Shown here: one piece after another, positions 37,726 through 48,755 of the stretch | How the letters are laid out: the number at the start of each line of letters is the position of its first letter | Position numbering within the stretch: the first letter of the stretch is position 1 | Assembly (NCBI RefSeq): GCF_902713615.1 | Contig: NW_024055493.1 | Coordinates: 62,001-126,000 of the forward strand | Origin: Scyliorhinus canicula | Lineage: Eukaryota | DNA: 64,000 nucleotides | Reading direction: 5' to 3' | Notes under the pieces: generated by a model | Seen by the model: the letters and a program-made list of their open reading frames with translations, nothing else | Databases searched by the model: none | What the model was told of the DNA's origin: nothing | Position numbers and translations under genes: made by a program

Positions 37726-38648
37726 AATGTGTACAGTGAATAATATTACATGTATCACAATGAGATTGAAGCACCTTAGAGTGCAACTTGATCTATGTTG
37801 ACAACGTAAATGCCATTGCACCATTTGTAATAACATTTTGAAATGTCTATAAAATTGATTTGCTTATATTGAAGCAAGTCATTCTGTGTCACTGCAAAAC
37901 AATGAATATGACAGAACTGGAAATGAATTCACTTGAAACATTAAATGAAAAAGTCAGAAGGTCTATGGGGCAGGACACATTGGTTTAAATGAGAGTTCAC
38001 TCTGTATAAAAATTAGGTCTCTGTCTGCGCGGATATTGTCAATGTGCCGCATCATGTTGTATTCTGATTCTCAGCTGCCAGGCTGACTCAAGCTGCCGGT
38101 TCTGAGGCTCCAGATTTCTGATCAAGCATTTTAACGAGGTCCCATCAACACCATCAGGTTTTGTTAAAGATGTTCCCAGCAGCATGGAAATAGTGGAAAT
38201 CCGATCACCCAATAAAAACACATGAACCGACTTTCCACCCACACACTACTGTAGGGAGAGGTGTGTGGCAGCCTCCATTGACAGGACAAACGTTTCCCCT
38301 TTCCTGAACTGTTCTGGAAGACTAGGGGGTCACACTGAGGTGAGAGGGGATTTCTAATCCAGCTCACAGATCCAATAAAGTGAGAGATAACTAAGCTCCC
38401 TCTTTCAAATGGAGGGCCAGTCACACAACACACAACCAGAGAGCGTGGGTCGGTGAGGATTCATCGACAATCTTGTGGACACAACCCTCTGCCAACCAGT
38501 TCCAGATCACAGAAAGCGGGGCATTGCCAAACTGTGAGTGGCAACGGTCAGTGGGGTCGCGGGTCGAGAGCTCTGAGGCAGAAATAGCTGCGGCTCTACG
38601 ACTGAATGTTCAAAGCCCCTTTAAATCCTCAAGTTTACTAAAACCTTT

Positions 38649-38760
38649 GGGCGGGGCTAAATTTGCCGATTTGAGTGTCTGAAAGTACTTCAGTCCCGCT
38701 CTGACCCCGAATCTTCCAGATGAGTCTCGGTCTGCAGGCTCCATCACTCCATTATATAAA
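38649..38760 (+). promoter_or_regulatory. Putative NAR-TCR V promoter (GC box and TATA box)
   Basis: gggcggggc at 38649-38657 and tatataaa at 38753-38760, 24 nt before the leader ATG. Confidence 0.55.
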
Positions 38761-38784
38761 CCATCAGATCCAGGCAGCAGAACG

Positions 38785-38827
38785 ATGGGAATCCGCCTTC
38801 TTTTCACCCTGTGTGTCTGTTTACCCC
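38785..38827 (+). CDS. Leader exon of NAR-TCR V
   Basis: Encodes MGIRLLFTLCVCLP plus 1 nt, then a gtgagt donor at 38828. Phase 1 splices in frame to the acceptor ttccag at 38974. Confidence 0.92.
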
Positions 38828-38974
38828 GTGAGTACCAATCAGACTAACCCACATTGTTTGGATTTAACATAAAACTCCCCGAGTCCATCCCAATTACAGA
38901 CCCTGTCTGGGATTTTAGCCTGATGTTTGCGTCTGCTCTGATGGTCCATTAAACTGTCTCTGTTCAATTTCCAG

Positions 38975-39253
38975 GATGTTTGAGTCAGTCAGTGACACAG
39001 AGACCGGCAGCGGTGACCAGCGAGGAGAGTCAGTCTCTCACCATCACCTGTGTTTTAAATGGTTATTATTATTATTTGAAAAATGGGGATTTCTTCAAAC
39101 AAACCCACTCCGTGGCAGATTGGGAGCGGATCTCCAGCGGAGGGAGATTTATTGTGTCGGTGAATGAAGCAGAAAAGACATTTTCGCTGGAAATTCGGGA
39201 TGTGAGAGTTGAAGACAGCGCCACCTATTACTGTAAAGCTCAGTACAGGAGCA
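38975..39253 (+). CDS. NAR-TCR variable segment (VNAR-like V domain), apparently functional
   Basis: QSVTQRPAAVTSEESQSLTITCVLNGYYYYLKNGDFFKQTHSVADWERISSGGRFIVSVNEAEKTFSLEIRDVRVEDSATYYCKA. Both canonical Cys are present. The C'/C'' (CDR2) region is deleted and the ISxGGRxxxSVN motif is typical of IgNAR V. Confidence 0.92.
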
Positions 39254-39291
39254 CACAGTGATGGGTCTCGGCTTCCCGCGATACAAAATCC
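39254..39291 (+). promoter_or_regulatory. V RSS, 22-bp spacer (23-class)
   Basis: cacagtg (39254-39260), 22 nt, acaaaatcc (39283-39291). Confidence 0.9.
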
Positions 39292-39608
39292 CTCACTGCG
39301 GATTATCACAGAATCAAATGAGGAAGCGGAGTTAATCTGCCCCGAAACCCCCACAGTTCCGCCTCACATTCTCTGCCCCACACTCTGGTCTATAATGAGA
39401 CTGGACCATTACCGTTAGCATCTTGAGTTTTATAAATGCCGAGTCTATGATGGTGATGCCTTTCCCGGATTGATGTCAGTGAATGGAGACAGGGAATGAC
39501 TGATTTCAGTTACAACACCCCGACACCAGATGTGATCCTGGTCTAACAGCTGGAACATGAAACAGCAGTCCTCGCTGTTAACCGAATGTCTCACATCAAG
39601 TATCCGGG

Positions 39609-39679
39609 GGATTTGATGCTGACTTGTAACATTGTGTTATATTGGGTTAGTCACAGTGGGAGAGACCGGAGCAAATACC
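39609..39679 (+). other. NAR-TCR D segment (15 bp, ttatattgggttagt at 39637-39651) with 12-RSS on both sides
   Basis: 5' side: ggatttgat, 12 nt, cattgtg. 3' side: cacagtg, 12 nt, gcaaatacc. It lies between the V and J and is 12/23-compatible with both. Confidence 0.85.
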
Positions 39680-39982
39680 TCTGTACAATTTAAATATAAA
39701 TTCTCCGTGTGTGGAGAGGGGACTATCGGGTTGATGTTATTATCGCTGTAATATGGTTTAATTTAATTCTAATTTCCACCACACACATCTTTTACATTTT
39801 TGTTGCTTTATATGAAGTGAACATGTCCTACATGGGGACATTTGCGAAGCGTTCTGGGCCTCACAAAGAACAGTTTGAACCGACTTTCAAACCATAAATA
39901 TTCTTTATTTATTTAAATCCGCTGAATAATTGGGAAGTTCGGACATTCTGACGATGATTTTCCAGCAAGTTGAGCTGTTGGT

Positions 39983-40080
39983 GGTTCTTGTACCAGGGAG
40001 GCTGAAAGCGGTGTCACTGTGTTTTAAGTATGGCTATATGGATGGATCCGGCACGTTGGTCACTATCACAGCCGGTAAGT
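39983..40080 (+). CDS. NAR-TCR J segment (40022-40074) with 23-RSS and splice donor
   Basis: ggttcttgt, 23 nt, cactgtg, then FKYGYMDGSGTLVTITA (GxG motif), then a phase-1 gtaagt donor at 40075. Confidence 0.92.
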
Positions 40081-41281
40081 GATTTCAAACTCCACGAGTT
40101 ACAGACTGTCCTGGTTAATGTTCACCGTCAGTTTATTATTGTGGTCGGTATCGCTTTAATGCTATCCAACTTAAAACGCATCTCTCACGAATATTCTCCG
40201 TTACAGATTTGGATTTGGGGGTAGGACATGATTAAGGAGAAGGGTCCAGATTTTTTCTGGGGAAAATGTCTGTGAGAGCCAATGGAGCAGGTAGTCAGCA
40301 GTGTCAGGATAATGAGTGTTGGTTGGGGGTGTTGCTGTTGGACGGAGTATGGAGGCTGACAACATTTGGACCATTATTGGTTTAACGGGCACATCAGGGG
40401 TAACATCAACATCTCGTACTCACACACACTAATCAATTTTAACGAGAGCAGGTTAGCGACCCACCCGACCCAATCAGGTCGATTTCTGTGACCAAGTGAA
40501 CAATATCCCTCCGTAAGGGAACTGGTGCGGGGTGGCAGAGCTCTCCCCTGGGCAGCAGATTGCCGTTTCAGCCGCGCAATGCGAATGAGGAACCAGGTGA
40601 ATAAACTCAAAACAACAGTGGCCAATTGAGATACCGACAGGGCATCCTTCAATCCCTGACCCGGGAGTGAAAACCGGAGGCTGACACAATGGAGTTCAGA
40701 TATTAGAGATCCTCTTGTAGGTCCAGCTACAATTTTTATTATTGGGCAATCAGTCACTGAAATTAACAACTTTTGACGTGTCATGACTTTCAATTACCTT
40801 CACATAACCAATCACGTTGCTTCTTTTTCGCCTTTACACCTGAATACGATTTTTGGGAACAGAAGAAACTTCACTATATCGAATGTAGATGTTTGAGAGA
40901 TGGGATTGCTGTAATGCATCTGTGTCGCTAATTATGATTAATTGAAACAACACAGTGCAATTAGAGAGTGAGGATGACATATCAATATTAGAAAAGTGAA
41001 CAGGAACAACAGGGAACCATTTTAAACTGGGGGAATGCTCATTTAGAATCAGTAAGGAAGGGAGAGATGGATTGGATGATCTCTGGTGGCCGTTCAGGGT
41101 ATAATCAGACTCTAGGACGGGGAGGAGCGGAATGACTGCAGGACCCAGGCCTGGAATAATGTGTAAAGTGTTTCTCTGGGTACTTAAGGTAGCACCTACA
41201 AGCTTTACAGGGAGTGTGCCAAACGATCATCATAATGAACCCTCAGACAAAGGGATTGTCCCACGAGAAAAATTGAGATAT

Positions 41282-42533
41282 AAGAACATAAGAACATAAG
41301 AACTAGGAGCAGGAGTAGGCAACCTGGCCCTTCGAGCCTGCTCCGCCATTCAATTAGATCATGGCTGATCTTTTGTGGACTCAGCTCCACTTTCCGGCCC
41401 GAACACCATAACCCTTAATCCCTTTATTCTTCAAAAAACTATCTATCTTTACCTTAAAAACATGTAATGAAGGAGCCTCAAGTGCTTCACTGGGCAAGGA
41501 ATTCCATAGATTCACAACCCTTTGGGTGAAGAAGTTCCTCCTAAATTCAGTCCTAAATCTACTTCCCCTTATTTTGAGGCTATGTCCCCTAGTTCTTTGT
41601 CACCCGCCAGTGGAAACAACCTGCCCGCATCTATCCTATCTATTCCCTTCATAATTTTAAATGTTTCTATTAGATCCCCCCTCATCCTTCTAAATTCCAA
41701 CGAGTACAGTCCCAGTCTACTCAACCTCTCCTCGTAATCCAACCCCTCCAGCTCTGGGATTAACCTAGTGAATCTCCTCTGCACACCCTCCAGCGCCAGT
41801 ACGTCCTTTCTCAAGTAAGGAGACCAAACCTGAACACAATACTCCAGGTGTGGCCGCACTAACACCTTATACAATTTCAACATAACCTCCCTAGTCTTAA
41901 ACTTCATCCCTCTAGCAATGAAGGACAAAATTCCATTTGCCTTCTTAATCACCTGTTGCACTTGTAAACCAACCTTCTGTGATTCATGCACTAGCACACC
42001 CAAGTCTCTCTGAACAGCGGCATGCTTTAATATTTTATCGTTTAAATAATAATCCCGTTTGCTGTTATTCCTACCAAAATGGATAACCTCACATTTGTCA
42101 ACATTGTATTCCATCTGCCAGACCCGAGCCCATTCACTTAACCTATCCAAATCCCTCTGCAGACTTCCAGTATCCTCTGCACTTTTCGCTCTACCACTCA
42201 TCTTAGTGTCATCTGCAAACTTGGACACATTGCCCTTGGTCCCCAACTCCAAATCAACTATGTAAATTGTGAACAATTGTGGACCCAACACGGATCCCTG
42301 AGGGACACCACTAGCTACTGATTGCCAACCAGAGAAACACCCATTTATCCCAACTCTTTGCTTTCTATTAATTAACCAATCCTCTATCCATGCTACTACT
42401 TTACCCTTAATGCCATGCATCTTTATCTTATGCAGCAACCTTTTGTGTGGCACCTTGTCAAAGGCTTTCTGGAAATCCAGATATACCACATCCATCGGCT
42501 CCCCGTTATCTACTGCACTGGTAATGTCCTCAA
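41282..42533 (-). mobile_element. Young 5'-truncated CR1 LINE in the J-to-supporting-V intron
   Basis: ORF 41569-42495 has YLDFQKAFDKV, GVPQGSVLGP and FADD. A probable agatat TSD (41276-41281 and 42534-42539) splits an older + strand CR1 remnant. Near-identical to 14759-15846. Confidence 0.92.
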
Positions 42534-44673
42534 AGATATCTCGGCCTATAGTCCATAGAGTTTAGGAGAATGAGAAGTCTCATTAGAATACATCGTATTG
42601 AGAAGGGTTTTGACAAAGAAGTTGAGTGTGTGCTTCCGCAAACTGGGAAATCGAACACCTGGGACCATATTTTCAGAATGAGGGATCTGCCATTAGAGCC
42701 AAGAAAATACATGACTTCAGTAAAACCGCTGTTGTGAGTTTGTGGCATTGTATACCTCATGGAGGTATGAGTGGTAGAGTGTATTTTAAACAGCTTAGAT
42801 TGATTTCTTGATGCCGAAATTATCAAGGATATACGGAAAGCGAGGGAATGTGATCTCACGTTACAATACTGTTGAATTGACGAGACAGATCTGAAAGGTG
42901 ATGTGGCCGGCTCTTCTTTCTTTAATTGGTATTCTCTGCATTAATTTCGTACATTGATGAGAAAAGAGACCACCAGAAATCTATGGCTCTCTGTAAAAAG
43001 TGAGCAGGCCAGACCCCACTCTCTGGACGACAGAGAAAAAGGAGTAGAATTCAGAGATTTTTGGGGAATTATGAACAGATTCTATTTCCTGGATGTGTAA
43101 CAAGTATTTATTTGTGGATGGGTCCACAGCAATGAGTGATTAATATATATCAGTAAAAACAACTACATATATAAGTAGAACAAATGTCAACACAGGAAGG
43201 TCAGAATGCGGAGGCTAATGCCAAATGGCGTGTTTGGAGGAGATAATATTGCTACATTTATGGAAAGACTTGGAGGTACAGAAAGGAGAGCGGAATAGAC
43301 CGACACAGAGAGCTGCATAGAAATTGTCAATTAGGCTGGGGCTGCGGCAGGTCGGTCTGGGAAGTAGGGTGATCATTGCTCGGCACAACATCGAGGGCCG
43401 AAGGGCCTGTTCTGTGCTGTACTGTTCTATAAAAAAAAAATTTATACAGATATCGAGCAGTCGGGCCGAATGGTCTACTTCTCTTCTGCCAATCTTGTAC
43501 AATGTTAAAGTTAGAGCCCAGTCAACCCAGAGAAGCCGGGAGAGAATCAGTTAATAGGCGGAAAGCATTGAAATGTTCAGAGAGCCGGAAAAGGCAGTTC
43601 CCAGTGAGTAACAGACAAAACATTGCGGTAATTGAACAGACAGATTCCAACCGACAACTGTGAGACTTTGGGACAAGTTCCCACCGTAACAGAAAACTTA
43701 AACAGCACAAAGTAAATGTTGACATAAAATTAAACTTACTGTAAATTTTCCAAAATAAAGCGAAATACAGAAAATTGGAGTCCATTAACATAAGAAATTA
43801 GAATAATAGAGCAAAAGCTAGATGGAAACTCTAGGGCAGTGAATAATTGATCACTGTCGCGGTGGCATCATTGCTGCTGACGAACGGCAATCGCTTTGTT
43901 TGATTTTGCAGTGTGCAATGACGCAACTCGGCCATTATCTTCTTGGAAACTGGTGACCTCACTAATTAAAGTTTTCCAGTGAGTTTGTTTCTCAACAATA
44001 AAAATAACAGAAATGTGGTGTAGATCATAGAATCAAAGGGAGGCGATGCTACAGTGTTATTGTCACTATGCTTGCAATCTAGAGACCAGGGTCATGCTCT
44101 GCGGACCGGGTTCGATTCACAAAATAATTGGGAATTAAAATGATAATATTGACCATTAATCCATTGGCACTGTCATAAAGACCCATGGAGTTCACAAATG
44201 TCCTGTTGGGAAGGAAATCTGCCAACTTCACCAGGTCTACATGCGACTCCAGATGCACAGAAATTGAGTCCCTTAAAAATGCTCTGTGAACTGCACTCAA
44301 ACGGATGGGCATTAATCGCTGGGCAACATCCCATGAACAAATATGCGCATGACATTCGGCCATCCTGCAGATACTGCCTCTTTTAATGTGATAGACAATC
44401 ATTCCCAGTACTCTTGCAATTTCCCCGTTCAAACGCCGATTCGTTACCCTTTGAAAGTTACTATGAATCTTTGACCATGACCAATTTTGACAGTGCAATT
44501 CATTAAAGAAAGATGATATCGTTTCATCTCCCGGTATGATCAAATTTCAAATACAGAATGCGATTCTAATTGGCTACAAATCAAACTAAGAAGAACCATT
44601 CACACGGTTGACAAACACATCTGGGGTTAACAGCAGCGAAGCAAACAAACAATGTTTATTTATCATCCTCCAG

Positions 44674-44979
44674 TTTCCAGTTCCCTGGTGTCCAAGAACC
44701 CGCCTCTCCAAACCTCTGCTGCCGGTGACACGGTTACTTTAAATTGTGAATATTCAGGGTTCTGTCAGTACACAGTACACTGGTACCGTCAGTCCCCAGG
44801 ACAAGCTCCGGAATTCCTGCTTCAGAGACACACTACCGGAGAGGGGAATAAAAGAAAAGCAGCCGGAGGAAATATTGCTGCTTCTATCGATCATCTCAAG
44901 AAAATCAGCCGGTTAAAGATCACCGAAATTCAACCGAGCGACTCCGCTGTGTATTCCGCTGCACTGAGCCGGCACACAG
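44674..44979 (+). pseudogene. Leaderless NAR-TCR 'supporting' TCR-delta-type V; open frame but lacks Cys104 (probable pseudogene or ORF)
   Basis: Acceptor cctccag at 44673 is phase-compatible with the J donor. Encodes SLVSKNPPLQTSAAGDTVTLNCEYSGFCQYTVHWYRQSPGQAPEFLL...DSAVYSAALS. It has Cys23, Trp41 and an extra CDR1 Cys, but YYC reads YSA. I found no leader exon upstream. Confidence 0.85.
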
Positions 44980-46178
44980 CACAGTGATACAGAGCACGGA
45001 GAGAGCTGTACAGAAACCTGAACATGGTGAGGATTACACACACACAGTGATACAGAGCACGGAGACAGCTGTACAGAAACCTGACCATGGTGAGGATTAC
45101 ACACACAGTGATACAGAGCACGGAGAGAGCTGTACAGAAACCTGACCATGGTGAGGATTACACACAGTGATACAGAGCACGGAGAGAGCTGTACAGAAAC
45201 CTGAACATGGTGAGGATTACACACAGTGATACAGAGCACGGAGAGAGCTGTACAGAAACCTGAACATGGTGAGGATTACACACACACAGTGTTAGAGAGC
45301 ACGGAGAGAGCTGTACAGAAACCTGACCATGGTGAGGATTACACACACACAGTGTTAGAGAGCACGGAGAGAGCTGTACAGAAACCTGACCATGGTGAGG
45401 ATTACACACACACAGTGTTAGAGAGCACGGAGAGAGCTGTACAGAAACCTGACCATGGTGAGGATTACACACACACAGTGATACAGAGCACGGAGAGAGC
45501 TGTACAGAAACCTGAACATGGTGAGGATTACACACACACAGTGATACAGAGCACGGAGAGAGCTGTACAGAAACCTGAACATGGTGAGTATCACACACAC
45601 AGTGATACAGAGCACGGAGAGAGCTGTACAGAGATCTGAACATGGTGAGGATTACACACACAGTGATACAGAGCACGGAGAGAGCTGTACAGAAACCTGA
45701 ACATGGTGAGGATTACACACACAGTGATACAGAGCACGGAGAGAGCTGTACAGAAACCTGAACATGGTGAGGATTACACACACAGTGATACAGAGCACGG
45801 AGACAGCTGTACAGAAACTTGGACATGGTGAGGGTTACACACACAGTGATACAGAGCACGGCGAGAGCTGTGCAGAAACCTGACCATGGTGAGGATCACA
45901 CACACAGTGATACAGAGCACGGAGACAGCTGTACAGAAACCTGAACATGGTGAGGATTACACACACAGTGATACAGAGCACGGAGAGAGCTGTACAGAAA
46001 CCTGAACATGGTGAGTATCACACACACAGTGATACAGAGCACGGAGAGAGCTGTACAGAAACCTGAACATGATGAGGGTTACACACACAGTGATACAGAG
46101 CACGGAGAGAGCTGTACAGAAACCTAGACATGGTGAGGATCACACACACAGTGATACAGAGCACGGAGAGAGCTGCGC
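44980..46178 (+). repeat. Tandem array of 20 recombination signal sequences (23-RSS minisatellite, 59-63 bp units)
   Basis: cacagtg at 44980, 45043, 45104, 45163, 45222, 45285, 45348, 45411, 45474, 45537, 45598, 45659, 45720, 45781, 45842, 45903, 45964, 46025, 46086 and 46147. Each is followed by a 23-nt spacer and acagaaacc. Units 11, 14 and 15 have variant nonamers; unit 20 has none. Confidence 0.97.
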
Positions 46179-48194
46179 ACCTAGTTCAGGTCTTTAGAAA
46201 GCTCTCTCCGTGTTTTCCTGGCAGAGCTTTCCATCAATGCTATACCCTGCTGCTGTACGGCAGTAGTGCTAACGCTGTATTATTCGTCAAGTTACTGTGT
46301 ATTCGTTCAGAATTGTGATTTTAAAAAATATTACTTATTCTTTATCTACAGTCATACTTCTTAATTTAATTTCCTAATTTAAGTTAGAAAATCGGGCCTT
46401 CTTACCCGCACTATTGGCATGAATTAAATCTTGGACTATTGTCTCGGACTTAAGCACACCTCTTTCAAACTTAAGGCGTATTTATATTGTATTATGGTCT
46501 GGGGAAATTTGTGTTCATGTAAGCCTACTTGTAACACTACTAAAGATTATTATTATGTCTGTATTATATAACTATTTCATTCATTGGATGTGGGCCAACA
46601 TTTATTGTCCGTCACAATGAGTATCTTGGCTTTGAGAGTCAACTGGATCAGTCGTCACGTGTCGACCAGGACAGGCGAGGGCGGCGGCTTTCCTTCCCTG
46701 AAGAAATCAGTGAACTACATTAATCTTCGATATTTAGTTCCATATATTTACCGAATCGAAATGTCACCATCTTCCGCATTACCCTGGGTGCCTCGATTAC
46801 TAGTCCAGTGACAATGCAACAAACTACCATCGCCCCTAATGTATCTGCATTTATAAACACTCATCTCGACCAATGTCCGCCCTTGGTGTGTCTCCCTCAG
46901 CTGGACCCTCCGTGTACTATTCTGCTGAGGATCAGCCTCTTTGTTAATACCTTTTTAAAATAAATTTAGAGTACCCAATTCTTTTTTCCAATTAAGGGGC
47001 AATTCATCGTGGCCAATTCACCTTCCCTGCACATCTTTGGGTTGTGGGGGTGAGACCAACGCAGACACGGGGAGAACGTGCAAACTCAACACGGACAGAG
47101 ACCCGGGACCGGGATCGAACCCGGGTCCTCTACACCATGAGGCAGCGGTGGTTAATGACTTTTATCGCTCTCCCAAAATGCACAGGACAAGAGCTGATAT
47201 AATATTTGTGCGGGTTGCGAAGTGAGGGTTACTTACCTGTATAGCGCAGCCAATCACATTGTTAAACATGGAGAGACAGCAGGCAGTGAGCTGCTGAGGG
47301 CTCATTCGGCCAGCTGGCCAGGGACGTTGCTCAGGTGTTTAGCAGAGAGCCCAGGCAGTGGATGGGCTGATCCACTCACTGAACGATGCCTAAACCAGCT
47401 CAATCCCCCAAACCCTGGATATCAAAATGTTGAGTCCAGCTAGTCACTGGATTCACACAATCGGCCACATTCACCTACACAGGTACATCGCTCAGGCTTT
47501 AAACAGTGAGTATGTACAGGGATAGGGAAACATAGATTTCAGTTATCATCAATTCACACTGGTACATTTCTCAGATCTACCATTCATTCAGTCACATTCA
47601 GTTTGTATTGCTAAATGATTTTATTCACTGTTTGTTCTTTCTGTTCTCTGCTTGGACTTTTTAAACATATATTCATTCCCATCTGTTCTATGTTTTCTTC
47701 GTTTCCGCCACCCGACTTTTGTAATTCCCGTTGCCAGGTGGAGACCCCCCTTACACACCACACACACACAGACACAAACCCTCCCCCACCCACCCGGACC
47801 CATTGCCACATTCCCTGGTTACAGCTCGCAGTCTGTATTTTATGAAGTGTTGTTGGACAACTTCGAATGATTTTTAAATCTCGGAGCAATCTTTACTGCG
47901 CCGAGCTGATCTTCCCACCCTGATTAGAAGGAATAATGATTCGAACAGAGATAGGAACTATTTAGCCGGTAACTTGACTCTCTCTCTGATCAAGCTTTCA
48001 GTCTGATTAGATTTAGCAGTTAGTTTTCTCACACTATCCTGGACACAGTTGGCTGACAGTTTGACTCGAGGTTAATGTGGTTTCCTCTGAGTGTTTCAGC
48101 GGCTCTCAGCGCCGCTGCTCGATGTGGCTGTGACGCCTTGTGATTCCCCGTTAAAACTTCAACAGACTGGAGCAGTGAATTCTAGCTCAGAGAC

Positions 48195-48233
48195 AGTTTT
48201 TGTACTGGGGTGAGCCTGTTTTTAATCACTGTG
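48195..48233 (-). promoter_or_regulatory. 23-RSS of the TCR alpha/delta V
   Basis: On -: cacagtg, attaaaaacaggctcaccccagt (23 nt), acaaaaact. Confidence 0.95.
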
Positions 48234-48550
48234 ATTAATCGCTCTGAAAGCGCAGTAATATCTGCCAGTGTCAGTCAGCTCCAAGCTCGAGATGGTTAAG
48301 CTGATTGAATTAGCCGAGGTCTGGAGTTCAACAGAGAAACGGTTACCAAAACCTTCCCCTCTATCTTCCTGTGAATCCCAGGACTGTTTCAGTATAATGA
48401 ACTGCAATTCCTTCTGTGGTTGTTGTCTGTACCAATATAACACATAGTTGCTTGCTGTAGTGCTGTAGGTACATGGTACAGTCACCGCATCACCTTGTCT
48501 CCCGCTCGCTGAAGACTGCGGCTGAGAAACAGAATCTCCATCACTCGGAT
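48234..48550 (-). CDS. TCR alpha/delta variable segment exon, apparently functional
   Basis: DSVSQPQSSASGRQGDAVTVPCTYSTTASNYVLYWYRQQPQKELQFII...NRFSVELQTSANSISLTISSLELTDTGRYYCAFR. Cys23, Trp41 and Cys104 are intact. The acceptor ttacag at 48551 is in frame with the leader. Confidence 0.93.
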
Positions 48551-48755
48551 CTGTAACATGTGACCAAGAAGGAGATAAAACTAAGGTTTGGATGTGCTAA
48601 TGAAATAACATTAACACTTTACATTCAACGCGACAGGATTGGAGACATGAAATAACAACAAATAAAGACAGAAATACTCAGCAATGTCCCTGGAGAGAAG
48701 CAAGGTTAACGTTCCAGGTCGAGATAACATTTCATCAGACTAGAGTCATCCTTAC

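Noticed and set aside
39292-39982. Additional D segments between V and J
   Set aside because: Apart from 39609-39679, I found no heptamer/nonamer pairs with 12 or 23 spacing (e.g. cacagtt at ~39352 lacks a nonamer).
44913-45676. Repetitive ORFs (e.g. 45226-45639 + and 45158-45676 -)
   Set aside because: They are by-products of the tandem repeat. Frames shift with the (CA)n length and there is no promoter or splice support.
44980-46178. CRISPR-like repeat array
   Set aside because: The units are near-identical along their whole length with no unique spacers. There are no cas genes and the context is vertebrate. The unit is an RSS.
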